Assembly: GCA_035715365.1 (NCBI GenBank)
Contig: DASTLB010000022.1
Coordinates: forward strand, 208,242-272,241
From: Kofleriaceae bacterium
Lineage (GTDB): Bacteria > Myxococcota_A > Polyangia > Haliangiales > Haliangiaceae
Reading direction: 5' to 3'
DNA length: 64,000 nucleotides
Shown in pieces: positions 30,381 to 40,221 of this stretch. Position numbers and translations under genes: made by a program. The notes beneath the pieces are model-generated. The model was not told the origin of the DNA, ran no database searches, and saw nothing but the letters and a program-made list of their open reading frames with translations. The first letter of the stretch is position 1. Each line of letters begins with the position of its first letter.

Positions 30381-31310
30381 CTAGATGCTTTCGGCGAGGT
30401 TGCGCGGCAGCCTGCCCGAGTAGTTCTCGACGGTGATGGCGCCGCCCGTGATGTGGGCGATCTCCGGGACCGAGCCCGGCTTGTCGGTCTCGCTCGCGCG
30501 CGCGACCGACCGACTGATGCGAAGTTGCTGGGGCTCGAGCCGCAGCGCGAGGATGAACGCGTTGTCGCGGCCGATGCCGGCATGGGCGGTTCCACGCAGC
30601 CGGCCGAGCACGACGATGTTGCCCTCGGCGCGGACCTCGGCGCCGGGATTGACGTCGCCGAAGATCACGACGTTGCCGCGATGCTCGAGGATCACGCCCG
30701 AGCGCACCGGCCCGAGCACCGTGCGCGTGCTCGGCGCCTCGACGACCGGGATGACCTCGGCCGGCGCGGCCGCGACCGGCGCCGACGGCGTGGCCTCGGC
30801 GTGGATGATCTCGATCGTCGGCGCCGACGGTTCGAGCGCGGCGATCGAAGACGACGGGGCGGGTGCCGAGGCCGCGGCCGAACCAGCCGCCAGATCGATG
30901 CTCGGCACGCCGCCGGAGGCGTGGGTGGGTGCGGACAGATCCGGCTTCTTCGCGGCGCCTACCTCGACGATCCGCATCTCGAGCTCGCTCACGATCGCGT
31001 CGAGCTTCGCGAGGCAGCCGGCGGGCAGCGGCCCGTCCTCGACGCGGATCCGCACGTCACTGCCGCGAAAGAACCCGGGCGCCTCCGCGAGCCGGCGGGT
31101 CACCGCCGCTGCGATCGCGGGCGTGCCGGCGCAGCTGTCGACGACGATCTCGAGCCCGCGCGCGCTGCCACGCAGGATCGCGGCCGGCTTGCCGGGATCA
31201 GCGGCCTCGCCGGTGGTCTCCACGATCGGAGGCGCGGCCTCCGGTGCAGAGACGTCGGAGCTCGCTTCGTTCGGTGGAGTGCTCGAAGTGCTCATATAGC
31301 CCGCTTGCAT
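30381..31310 (-). CDS. minC: Septum site-determining protein MinC
   Basis: C-terminal beta-helix block GNVVIFGDVNPGAEVRAEGNIVVLGRLRGTAHAG. Position immediately upstream of minD. The N-terminal half is Ala/Pro-rich. Confidence 0.75.
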   Translation of the reverse strand: MQAGYMSTSSTPPNEASSDVSAPEAAPPIVETTGEAADPGKPAAILRGSARGLEIVVDSCAGTPAIAAAVTRRLAEAPGFFRGSDVRIRVEDGPLPAGCLAKLDAIVSELEMRIVEVGAAKKPDLSAPTHASGGVPSIDLAAGSAAASAPAPSSSIAALEPSAPTIEIIHAEATPSAPVAAAPAEVIPVVEAPSTRTVLGPVRSGVILEHRGNVVIFGDVNPGAEVRAEGNIVVLGRLRGTAHAGIGRDNAFILALRLEPQQLRISRSVARASETDKPGSVPEIAHITGGAITVENYSGRLPRNLAESI

Positions 31311-31471
31311 AAATGGCTAGAGCACTCCGCATGGAGTGGGCAACTTTTCGGCCGGCGCGCGTGCCGATCTACCGCGCGCGGATCAGCAGGACGGCGCGAG
31401 GTACGACCTCGTCGCCCGCGTGCGGGGATCGACGACGTCGAGCCGCAGCTGGTCGTTCGCCCACTGGCTGA

Positions 31472-32137
31472 TCACGAGCGTCGTGGGGTCGACCGCGGCA
31501 GCTTCGCGCGCAGCCGCAGCGTCTGCAGATCCCACAGATCGATGTGCGCGGTGCCGGGCTCGCTGCCGCTGATCATGACCGCGGCATTGCGGTACGCGAC
31601 GTCGGTCGTGACCTCGTCGATCGTCTGGCCGTCCGGCAGCGCCGGCATCAGCTTCAGGCACGCGCGATCCGGCGGGCAGATCTCGACCGAGTTGTCGGTC
31701 TGCGTGATCCGCTCGTCGTCGTCGCTGTCAGTGTGGAACGCCGGCGCGTCCGGCGTCGCCTCGACGTTGAACACCGGCTCGACGCCGACGAGCTTGCCCG
31801 AGCCGCGCTGCCAGCGCGCGCACGCGTCGAGCGTGCCGTCCTGATCGCCGTCGACACACGCACGGAGCTCGCCCGCCTTGACGAACACCGTGAGCTCCGA
31901 GTCGCTCGCGAGACAGCCGGACTTCGGCGCCGGCGTGGTGTGCCGGGGCGACGGATCGTCGGGGATCTGGATGTCGCGATCGCTGCGCGTGTGGGCGGCC
32001 TCGCCGCGATCGAAGTCGCGCTGGATCGAGCGCAGCGCCTCCTCGATCTGGCGCTCCTTCTCGCGCTCGGCGGCGCGCGGATCGCCACACGCGCCCGCAC
32101 CCGCGACCATCGCCACGACCATCCAGGACTTCCGCAT
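31472..32137 (-). CDS. Lipoprotein, hypothetical
   Basis: The internal Met gives MRKSWMVVAMVAGAGAC with a lipobox. Confidence 0.5.
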   Translation of the reverse strand: MRKSWMVVAMVAGAGACGDPRAAEREKERQIEEALRSIQRDFDRGEAAHTRSDRDIQIPDDPSPRHTTPAPKSGCLASDSELTVFVKAGELRACVDGDQDGTLDACARWQRGSGKLVGVEPVFNVEATPDAPAFHTDSDDDERITQTDNSVEICPPDRACLKLMPALPDGQTIDEVTTDVAYRNAAVMISGSEPGTAHIDLWDLQTLRLRAKLPRSTPRRS

Positions 32138-32238
32138 GGCGGCGAGAATGCGCGAGAACCCTCGCACGTGCCATCACGAACGCGAACCTCACGACGCGAT
32201 TCGTGACGAATCCACCGACCTCGTGTAACAGTCGGGCC

Positions 32239-32925
32239 GTGTTGGAACGCTTCGATCGACTTGCCGCGCTTCGTGGCGATTCTGTCAAAGGCCTCCCCAC
32301 GTCCGCCTGGGCGACGAACCTCGACGATCTCGATCGCGACATGCTGATGCGTGCGGTGATCGAGGCGACGCGCACGCTGATCCTCGGCGAATGGGAGAGC
32401 AAGCGTCCCGACGATCGCCGCCCGCAGCAGGCGCTCGAGGCGACGGAGGCCTGGCTCGCGACGAAGAGCGACGAGGCCGCGCAGCAGGCGAAGGCCGCCG
32501 CGAAGGAATGCACCGCCGCCCGCAACGAGACGTTCGGCACCGACCACCGGATCCCCGAGGCCGCCCGCGCGGTCGCCTGGGCCGTGACCGCGAAGGACAA
32601 CTCGAACCTGTGGGAGGCGCTCGCCGCGATCGAGGGCGAGCTGCTCGCGCGCGTCAACCTGGTCGCCGAGTACCACCGGATTCCCGAGCAGCGACGAGCG
32701 CTCCTCGCGGTGCTGCGCAAGATGTTCGAGCCCAAGCCCGAGCCCGAGACGCCGGTCCACACCGGCCCGGTGCCGTACTCGGCGAGCGGCAACTTCGCGG
32801 TCGGCCAGCAGCTGACGCACGCGAAGTTCGGCGACCTCGTCGTCACCGCCGCGGGCGACAAGTGGATCGACGTCCAGCTCACCGACGGCACGACGAAGCG
32901 GCTCGCGCAGAAGCCGAAGGCCTAG
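32239..32925 (+). CDS. Hypothetical cytoplasmic protein
   Basis: Track ORF 32203-32925. The composition is protein-like. GTG at 32239 is a plausible start. No recognised domain. Confidence 0.45.
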   Translation: MLERFDRLAALRGDSVKGLPTSAWATNLDDLDRDMLMRAVIEATRTLILGEWESKRPDDRRPQQALEATEAWLATKSDEAAQQAKAAAKECTAARNETFGTDHRIPEAARAVAWAVTAKDNSNLWEALAAIEGELLARVNLVAEYHRIPEQRRALLAVLRKMFEPKPEPETPVHTGPVPYSASGNFAVGQQLTHAKFGDLVVTAAGDKWIDVQLTDGTTKRLAQKPKA

Positions 32926-33692
32926 AAGCCGAGCTTCGCGACGTTCTCGAGGTGATGGTCGCGCATGCCGACCACGTCTCGTGCACGCGGCAGCTCGATC
33001 GCCTCGGCAGCGTCGCGCGTCGTCGCCGCCTGCAGGCGGTCGAGGTACTCGACATCGGCGCGAGCGATCGCGAGCGCCTCGGCGGCGGGCATGCGGGGAC
33101 CGTGGCCGGGGATGACGTCGCGGACCTCGCCGAGCACGTCGATCAGCCGGTCGAGCGTGCGGCGATACGCGCGGGCGTCGTCGACGAACGGGATCTCGCA
33201 CGGCGACAGGTAGTCGCCGACGAGCAGCGTGCCGGTGTCCTCGACGACGAGCGCGAGATCGTCGGGGCTGTGGCCCGGCAGCTGGAGCGCGCGGACGCGG
33301 ATGCCGGCGAGGTCGCGCGTGGTCTCGTCGATCGGCGCGAGCGCGGCGGGCCAGCGATGGCCGTGGGGGCGCGGGACATACCACCGCGAGTCGAACTCGC
33401 GCGCGTCCTCGAGGTAGCGCGCGGCGCGCGGATCACCGGCGGCGATCGCGTCCGCGAGCGTGCGGTTGACGTGGACCGGCGCGCCGGGCAGCGCGGTGTG
33501 GCCCATCACGTGGTCCCAGTGGCCGTGCGTGAACACGACGGTGGCGGCGTGGCCGAGCTCGCGGACGCGCGCGGCGATCGCGTCGAGCTCGCGCGGGAAG
33601 TACGCCGGATCGACGACGATGCAGGCGCCGCGATGCTCGACGATCGTCGACGTCGTCTGCCAGATGCCGCTCGTGAAGACGACGAGCTGCAC
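32922..33692 (-). CDS. MBL-fold metallo-hydrolase
   Basis: The real part of track ORF 32922-34169 is about 256 aa from the GTG at 33692. HxHxDH motif (FTHGHWDHV). It overlaps the downstream gene by 4 nt. Confidence 0.75.
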   Translation of the reverse strand: MQLVVFTSGIWQTTSTIVEHRGACIVVDPAYFPRELDAIAARVRELGHAATVVFTHGHWDHVMGHTALPGAPVHVNRTLADAIAAGDPRAARYLEDAREFDSRWYVPRPHGHRWPAALAPIDETTRDLAGIRVRALQLPGHSPDDLALVVEDTGTLLVGDYLSPCEIPFVDDARAYRRTLDRLIDVLGEVRDVIPGHGPRMPAAEALAIARADVEYLDRLQAATTRDAAEAIELPRARDVVGMRDHHLENVAKLGF

Positions 33693-33697
33693 GCGGA

Positions 33698-34222
33698 TTA
33701 GCCCTCGACGTGGAGCTCGATCATCACGGTGCCGTCGTCCTTGCGCGACCACCGCACCGCGGTGAGCGCGAGGTCCTCGAGGTCGTGCCCCCAGATCCCG
33801 TACGCGCCGTCGGTGCGGTTGCGGCTGCGGATCTCGCCGCGCTCCGACGGTGGCACGGTCTTCGTGTGCGCGGTGCCTTCCTCGGCCTCGTAGACCGCGG
33901 CGTACTCGTCGCAGATCGCGCGCACGAGCTCGGCGCGCGTGAACCCGATCGGATACGACGCGGAAAGCTTCACCGTCGCGGGATGGGTCAGCGGGTAGTC
34001 GATGACGAGCGTCGCGTGCTCGAACGGGATCACGATCTCGTCGGGATGCGTGAGCTGCGCGACGGCGAGGTTCGCGTCGGCGAGCTTGAGGCCGCCGGGG
34101 AACGCGATCCGCTGGACCATCATCGCGACCTTCTTCTCGGTCACCGGGACGCGCGCGATCCACATCCACATCACCGCGATGCCGATCGCGACGAAGAGCA
34201 AGCTCACCGTGACGTACGTCAT
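33698..34222 (-). CDS. Membrane-anchored hypothetical protein
   Basis: N-terminal TM helix (TVSLLFVAIGIAVMWMWIA). Confidence 0.5.
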   Translation of the reverse strand: MTYVTVSLLFVAIGIAVMWMWIARVPVTEKKVAMMVQRIAFPGGLKLADANLAVAQLTHPDEIVIPFEHATLVIDYPLTHPATVKLSASYPIGFTRAELVRAICDEYAAVYEAEEGTAHTKTVPPSERGEIRSRNRTDGAYGIWGHDLEDLALTAVRWSRKDDGTVMIELHVEG

Positions 34223-34238
34223 CCGAGGCAACCCTAGC

Positions 34239-34883
34239 TCAGTTCGCGCCCTCGATCATCGCCCGCACGGCCGCGACCGCCCAGGCGCGATCGATCTGCA
34301 GCTCGTCGGGCCCCGGTGCCGCGCGTGAGACGAGCTTCTCGTACTGGGCGATCGGGCTGGCCTGCGCGCGTGGCTCGCGGCCCTGCTCGTCGAACAGCAC
34401 CCAGTGGATCAGCGCGGGGTGCGTGTCGTTCGCAGGCTCGATGCGATCGAACAGCAGCACGCGCGCCAGCTCGCCGTCGCCGAGCGATGCGAGCAGCAGC
34501 ACCTTCATCATCTCGATCGCCCAGTCGGCGAGCCCGGCGTCGAGGATCTTCACCTTCTCGAGCAGCGCGTTCTGCGTCGGCACGAGCCGCCGCGTCGACG
34601 TGCCCGGCCCGAGCGTCGCCTGCAGCAGCTCGCCCGCCTTCGCCATCTCGTCGGGGCCGCCGGGCACGACCTGCGCGTAGAAGTCCGCGTCCGGATCGTG
34701 GAACACGAGCGTCGCGACGAGCTGCGTACGCTTGCCGCACGCGCACGCGAGGATGTTGAGCTCGCCGGCGACCAGGCGCTGCTTCGCATCGCGATCGGTC
34801 CGCGTGTTGATGCTCTGGACGAGCGCGACGTCCTGCTCGGTGCCGCAGCCCGGACAGCGCACGCGCGCGGTGCCCTTGATCAT
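34239..34883 (-). CDS. CpXC-domain protein
   Basis: CPGCG...CACG spacing typical of the CpXC family. Start at the internal Met (MIKGT). Confidence 0.6.
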   Translation of the reverse strand: MIKGTARVRCPGCGTEQDVALVQSINTRTDRDAKQRLVAGELNILACACGKRTQLVATLVFHDPDADFYAQVVPGGPDEMAKAGELLQATLGPGTSTRRLVPTQNALLEKVKILDAGLADWAIEMMKVLLLASLGDGELARVLLFDRIEPANDTHPALIHWVLFDEQGREPRAQASPIAQYEKLVSRAAPGPDELQIDRAWAVAAVRAMIEGAN

Positions 34884-35122
34884 GGAGCGCACCCTACCGC
34901 GGGCGCGCGGCTACGAGCCAGCCGTGCGATCGGATCGCACGCCGTGTACTGACTGTGAGTCAACTGTGATCTCGCACGCGGTTGCCACCTCGCGGAATCG
35001 CTCCGTTGCTCGGAGTCGACAAAAGTGCCCGCGGCGGCGACGGCGTTTCGCGCAGATCGCGCGGGCATACCGGCTGCACATGGGACTTCTTGACTTCAAC
35101 CCAACAGCCAAGGGAACCACAG

Positions 35123-35443
35123 ATGAACGATGCACTCTTGACGATCGATCTCGCGAACCTCGAATGTGTCCACGGCGGCCAGCAGGGCGGCTCGTGGATC
35201 AACCGTGACAACTGGGCGGGTGCCGGTCGCCAGGTCGGCCAGTACGGCGGCGCGGCAGCGGGGGCTGCGGCGGGCGCTGCGACCGTGCCTGGCACCGGCC
35301 CCGGAGCGGCGGCGGCGGCCGGCGTCGGTGGCGCGGCTGGCTACAACCTCGGCGGCTGGCTCGGCAGCAAGGTCGGCGGTGCGCTGTACGACGCCGGCTC
35401 GGCGATCGGCGACAAGGTCGGCGGCTGGATCTACGGCAAGTGA
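35123..35443 (+). CDS. Bacteriocin-like precursor: double-glycine leader peptide plus Gly-rich (Gly-zipper) core
   Basis: The real part of track ORF 34982-35443. The ATG at 35123 is preceded by AAGGGA. The leader MNDALLTIDLANLECVHGG has hydrophobic residues at -4, -7, -12 and -15 relative to GG. The core QQGGSWINRDNWAGAGRQVGQYGGAAAGAAAGAATVPG...GGWLGSKVGGALYDAGSAIGDKVGGWIYGK has GxxxG repeats. Confidence 0.65.
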   Translation: MNDALLTIDLANLECVHGGQQGGSWINRDNWAGAGRQVGQYGGAAAGAAAGAATVPGTGPGAAAAAGVGGAAGYNLGGWLGSKVGGALYDAGSAIGDKVGGWIYGK

Positions 35444-35456
35444 GCGGAGGTCGCGG

Positions 35457-35472
35457 CCGGCGTTCGCGCCGG
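35457..35472 (+). terminator. GC hairpin (CCGGCG-TTCG-CGCCGG) 13 nt after the stop of the GG-leader peptide gene
   Basis: Seen directly. No U-tract. Confidence 0.3.
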
Positions 35473-35557
35473 TCGACGACGCTCTCGCTCGCTGCCCGAG
35501 CTGGATGGCACGTGGATGGTGCAGGTCATCTGGATCGGGTGGCGAGCCAGCGCGTCG

Positions 35558-36624
35558 TCACGGGACGAGCACGAGCTTGCCGACGGTGCGACCGGACTCG
35601 ATGTCCGCGTGCGCCCGCGCGACGTCGGCGAGCGGATAGGTCTGGATCGGCGGCGGCACGACCTTGCCGGCTTCGATCCAGCCGATCAGCTCGGCCATCG
35701 CCTCGTGCATCAGCTCGACGCGATCGAACAGGTAGCTCAGGTTGAACGCGAGCACGCTCTTGCTCGCGTCGGTCATGTCGAGCGGCGAGAACCGCGGCGT
35801 GCGCAGCCAGTCGATCGCGAGCTTGCCCCACTGCGGCTTGCCGCCCGCTTTCGGCAGCATCGAGTGAAAGCCGTAGACGACGAGCTTGCCGGCGCGCCGC
35901 AGGTGATCGTAGCTCGCGCGCAGCGTCGCCACGCCGTTCGCGTCGAGGATCACGTCGTAGCCATCGGGTGCGAGCCGCTCGGCCTCGCGCCACAGCTCGT
36001 GCTTCGACTTGTCGATCACGTGATCGGCGCCGAGTGCCTTCGCGCTCGCGACCTTGTCGCTGCGCCCGACGACGCCGACGACCTCGCAGCCGCGCAGCTT
36101 CGCGAGCTGGATCAGCGCGCCGCCGACACCACCGGCGGCCGAGTGCACGAGCAGCTTCTGACCGCGCCGCGGATGCGCGAGCTCGAACAGCGCCCACCAC
36201 GCGGTCAGGTACACGGCCGGCATCGCCGCCGCCTGCTCGAACGACAGCGCGCGCGGCTTGCGGAACACCTGGTGCTGCGGCACGACGAGCGTCGAGCTGT
36301 AGCCGCCGAACCGCGTCACCGCGATCACCTCGTCGCCGATCGCGAGCCCCGTGACGCCGTCGCCGATCGCATCGATCGTCCCGGCGACCTCGAACCCCGG
36401 GGTGATCGGCCAGCCGACGTACTGCTTCGCCGACGAGTACAGCCCCATCCGCACGACGACGTCCGCGTAGTTGACGCCGATCGCGCGCACCGCGATCCGG
36501 ACCTCGCCGCGTTTCGGTGACGGGGTTGGTGTGGTGACGAGCTCGAGCTTGTCGTGGCCGCCGGCGGAGCGGATCACGATCTGGCGGGTCGGTGCGAGCG
36601 AGCTGCGTGCGGCGGGGACGGTCA
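35558..36624 (-). CDS. Zn-dependent/MDR-family NAD(P)H quinone oxidoreductase
   Basis: The real part of track ORF 35558-36937 starts at MQAMTV. GVNYADV, AAGGVGGA Rossmann motif. About 355 aa. Confidence 0.8.
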
Positions 36625-36668
36625 TGGCTTGCATCCGGCGGATGTAGATCGGCGCGTCGCGGCCGGCA

Positions 36669-37385
36669 GTGACCGCGCGCGCCAGCGCGGTGACCGTAGC
36701 ACTCGGGTATGGTGGGGCGGTGATCCCGACCGTGGTCCTCGACCGGGTGCAGACGCCGATGGGCGAGCTGCGGCTCGCGCGGCGCGGCGACGAGTTCTCG
36801 ATCCGGGTCGCCGGCGTCGAGCTGATGAACAGCCGGAACCACGCATCCGAGGACGAATTCGGCCGGCTCGCGGGCGCGCTCGTCGCGGGCGTCGCGACAC
36901 CCCGCGTGCTGATCGGCGGGCTCGGCATGGGATTCACGCTGCGCGCGGCGCTCGACGCGCTCGGCGATCGCGCGCGCGTCGATGTCGTCGAGCTCGTGCC
37001 GGCGGTCGTGCGGTGGAATCGCGAGCTCTATGGCCACCTCGCGGGCGCGCCGCTCGGCGATTCGCGCGTCCACGTGATCGAGGCCGATGTCGTCGCGGTC
37101 GTCCGCGAGTCGACCGCCCGCTACGACGCGATCGTGCTCGACGTCGACAACGGCCCGGACGGGATCTCCGAGGCGAACGGCAGGCTGTACGGCGCACGCG
37201 GGCTCGCCGAGCTGCACGCGGCGCTCGCGCCCGGTGGCGCGCTCGCGATCTGGTCGGCGTTCGAGGCACCGGCGTTCACGAAGCGCGTCACGAAGGCCGG
37301 CTTCGGCGTCGAGGTCCGCAGGGTGCGGACCCAGCACGGCGGCAACCCGGTGCACTTCTTCTGGGTGGCGCGGCGTCGCGGTTGA
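36669..37385 (+). CDS. Spermidine-synthase-like SAM-methyltransferase-fold protein
   Basis: VLIGGLGMGFTLRAAL corresponds to the PABS GGGDGG block, and VIEADV is present. Assignment is moderate. Confidence 0.55.
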   Translation: MTARASAVTVALGYGGAVIPTVVLDRVQTPMGELRLARRGDEFSIRVAGVELMNSRNHASEDEFGRLAGALVAGVATPRVLIGGLGMGFTLRAALDALGDRARVDVVELVPAVVRWNRELYGHLAGAPLGDSRVHVIEADVVAVVRESTARYDAIVLDVDNGPDGISEANGRLYGARGLAELHAALAPGGALAIWSAFEAPAFTKRVTKAGFGVEVRRVRTQHGGNPVHFFWVARRRG

Positions 37386-37401
37386 CGTATGGTGGGCCGT
37401 C

Positions 37402-38352
37402 GTGATCGCCCGCCTGCTCGCAGACCAGCCGTGCATCCTCGCCCCGATGGAGGATGTCAGCGACGCCGTGTTCCGTCGCGTCTGCCGCACGGTCGGCGCC
37501 GAGCTGTGCGTCACCGAGTTCGTGCAGGCCGAGCAGATCGTGCGCGATGCGAAGATCGCGCGCCGCAAGCTGACGCTGGCCGCCGACGATCGGCCGACCG
37601 CGATCCAGATCTACGGCGCGAGCCCCGAGCTGTTGCGCGAGGCCGCGCGGGTCGCCGAGCGTAGCGAGCCCGCATTCGTCGACGTCAACTGCGGCTGCTG
37701 GATCCCGAAGATCGCGCGCCGCGGTGCCGGTGCCGGCTGGCTGCGCGAGCCGGCCGCGATGGTCGCGATGGCCGGCGAGCTCGTGCGCGCGATCGGACTG
37801 CCGGTCACGGTCAAGACACGGATCGGGCTCGGCCCGGAGTCGGACATGCCGATCGTCGACCTCGCGCGCCGGCTCGAGGACGTCGGCGTCGCCGCGCTCG
37901 CGATCCACTGCCGCACCGCGATGATGCGGCACGACGGCGCCGCGGACTGGAGCTGGGCGCGCAAGGCGCGCGAGGTCGTCGCGATCCCGGTGATCGTCAA
38001 CGGTGACATTCGCACCGCCGACGATGTCGTACGCGCGTTGCGCGACACCGGGTGCGCCGGCGCGATGATCGGCCGCGGCGCGATCGATCATCCCTGGGTG
38101 TTTCGCGAGGCGCGCGCCGCGCTCGCCGGCCAGCCGGTCGTGCCGCCGAGCGCCGACGAGCGGATCGCGATGTACCGCACGCTGCTCGAGGCGAACGTCG
38201 CGACGCGCGGCGAGGCACGCGGGGTCGCGGTGACGCGGCGCCACGTCAAGGTGCTCGGCGAGCTCGCGGCGAGCCTGCGGCCGGCGCTGTTTGCCGCGAC
38301 GACGCTCGCCGACAACCTCGCCGTGCTCGACGGCGTGCGCGCCGCCGCCTGA
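37402..38352 (+). CDS. tRNA-dihydrouridine synthase
   Basis: The real part of track ORF 37087-38352, from the GTG at 37402 (17 nt after the upstream stop). LAPMEDVSDAVFR, VDVNCGCW and IVNGDI Dus motifs. Confidence 0.8.
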   Translation: MIARLLADQPCILAPMEDVSDAVFRRVCRTVGAELCVTEFVQAEQIVRDAKIARRKLTLAADDRPTAIQIYGASPELLREAARVAERSEPAFVDVNCGCWIPKIARRGAGAGWLREPAAMVAMAGELVRAIGLPVTVKTRIGLGPESDMPIVDLARRLEDVGVAALAIHCRTAMMRHDGAADWSWARKAREVVAIPVIVNGDIRTADDVVRALRDTGCAGAMIGRGAIDHPWVFREARAALAGQPVVPPSADERIAMYRTLLEANVATRGEARGVAVTRRHVKVLGELAASLRPALFAATTLADNLAVLDGVRAAA

Positions 38353-38370
38353 TCGACGTACGATCGGCGG

Positions 38371-40221
38371 ATGGGCGATGACCGGATCCCAACGCCGCGC
38401 ACCGTCGTCGAGGGTGGCGCGCGCACCGCGGCGACGAGCCCGGACTCGCACGTCGCGACGACCTCGGATGCGACCGAGCCAACGCTGCGGCCCGACGACT
38501 CGCGCGACGTGATCGCGACGAGCGACTCGCAGGCCGGCATCGCGATCCCGGCGGTCGAGTACCAGCTCGGCGAGCGGATCGGCAAGGGCGGCATGGGCGA
38601 GGTGATCGCGGCGCACGATCGCCGGATGGGCCGCGACGTCGCGATCAAGCGCATGCACGGCTCGCAGTCGGCGCGCGCGGTGTCGCGGTTCCTGCGCGAG
38701 GCGCGGATCCAGGCGCGGCTCGATCACCCGGCGATCGTGCCGGTGCACGAGCTCGGCGTCGACTCCGAGGGCTGCCCGTACTTCACGATGAAGCGGCTCG
38801 CCGGCGTGACGCTCGCGTCGCGGATCGCCGGCGGCGCGCCGATGATGCCGCTGCTGCGCGCCTTCGTCGACGTCTGCCTCGCGATCGATCTCGCGCACGC
38901 GCGCGGCATCGTGCATCGCGATCTCAAGCCCGCGAACATCATGCTCGGCGACTACGGCGAGGTCTACGTGATCGACTGGGGGCTCGCGCGCGTCATCGCG
39001 GAGCCGGCCGAGACCGACGCTGCGATCGACGCCGAGCCGACGCGCGACAGCCTGCCGACGTTGACCCGCGCCGGCGCCGTGCTCGGCACGCCGGGCTACA
39101 TGCCGCCGGAGCAGGTGCGCGGTGACGTCGTCGGGCCGGCGGCCGACATCTACGCGCTCGGCGCGATCCTGTTCGAGATCCTGACCGGGGAGACGCTGCA
39201 TCCGCCGGGCGACGAGGCGCTCGTGTCGACGCTGACCGGCGCGGCGGACTCACCGTCGCAGCGCGCACCGGATCGCGGCATCGCGCCCGAGCTCGACGCG
39301 ACGTGCAGCGCGATGCTCGCGCTCGAGCCCGAGCGCAGACCGACAGCGCGCGAGGTCGCCGATCGGGTGCGCGCGTACCTCGACGGCGATCGCGATCTCG
39401 AGCGCCGCCGCGCGCTCGCGCACGACTACCTCGCGGCCGCGCGCGTCGCGCTCGCGACCGGCGACACCGCCGCCGCGCTCGGCGAGGCCGGCCGCGCGCT
39501 CGCTCTCGCGCCCGACTCGCTCGACGCCGCGGGGCTGGTCTCGCAGCTGCTGCTCGAGCCGCCGAAGCAGCTACCGCCGCCGCTCGTCGCGAGCCTGCGC
39601 GAGCTCGATCGCGAGGCGCTGCGCAAGCGGTCGCGCCGCGCCACGTTCTCGTACGGGATGGTGTTCGCGTTCCTCGCGCTCGTCCCGGTGCTGCGGATCC
39701 AGAGCTGGAGCTGGCTCGCGGCGTTCTACGGCGTGCTCGCCGCGCTCGTCGGCTTCGCGTGGCACGGCACGCGCCGTGGCGATGTCTCGCCATACCTGTC
39801 GATGGCCGGCAACTTCGCGCTCGCCCTCGTGTGGACGCGGGTCGCGAGCCCGTTCGTGCTGACGCCGGTGATGATCTGCGGCGCGCTGATCGCGGTCGCG
39901 TCGCATCCGTGGAACCAGCAGCGGCCGTGGACGATCTTCGCGTGGATCGCCGTCACGGTGATGACGCCGTTCGCGCTCGAGGCCGCGGGCGTCCTCGAGC
40001 CGACGTGGAACATCGTCCCGGGCGCGCTGCAGATCTCGTCGACGATCTACGCGATCGACGGCTGGCGCGAGGCCGCGGCCGTGATCGGCGCGAACCTCGT
40101 GTTCATCCTGCTCGTCGGTTACTTCGCGTTCACGATGGCGCGGATCGCGCGCGAGGCGCAGCGCGAGGTGCACATCCAGGCGTGGCACCTCCGTCACCTG
40201 ATCCCGACCGTGCGCGCGTAG
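38371..40221 (+). CDS. Ser/Thr protein kinase with a C-terminal polytopic membrane domain (about 6 TM)
   Basis: GKGGMGEV, VAIKRM, HRDLKPANI, DWG and PGYMPPE motifs. The C-terminal 200 aa contain 5-6 hydrophobic helices. Confidence 0.85.
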   Translation: MGDDRIPTPRTVVEGGARTAATSPDSHVATTSDATEPTLRPDDSRDVIATSDSQAGIAIPAVEYQLGERIGKGGMGEVIAAHDRRMGRDVAIKRMHGSQSARAVSRFLREARIQARLDHPAIVPVHELGVDSEGCPYFTMKRLAGVTLASRIAGGAPMMPLLRAFVDVCLAIDLAHARGIVHRDLKPANIMLGDYGEVYVIDWGLARVIAEPAETDAAIDAEPTRDSLPTLTRAGAVLGTPGYMPPEQVRGDVVGPAADIYALGAILFEILTGETLHPPGDEALVSTLTGAADSPSQRAPDRGIAPELDATCSAMLALEPERRPTAREVADRVRAYLDGDRDLERRRALAHDYLAAARVALATGDTAAALGEAGRALALAPDSLDAAGLVSQLLLEPPKQLPPPLVASLRELDREALRKRSRRATFSYGMVFAFLALVPVLRIQSWSWLAAFYGVLAALVGFAWHGTRRGDVSPYLSMAGNFALALVWTRVASPFVLTPVMICGALIAVASHPWNQQRPWTIFAWIAVTVMTPFALEAAGVLEPTWNIVPGALQISSTIYAIDGWREAAAVIGANLVFILLVGYFAFTMARIAREAQREVHIQAWHLRHLIPTVRA

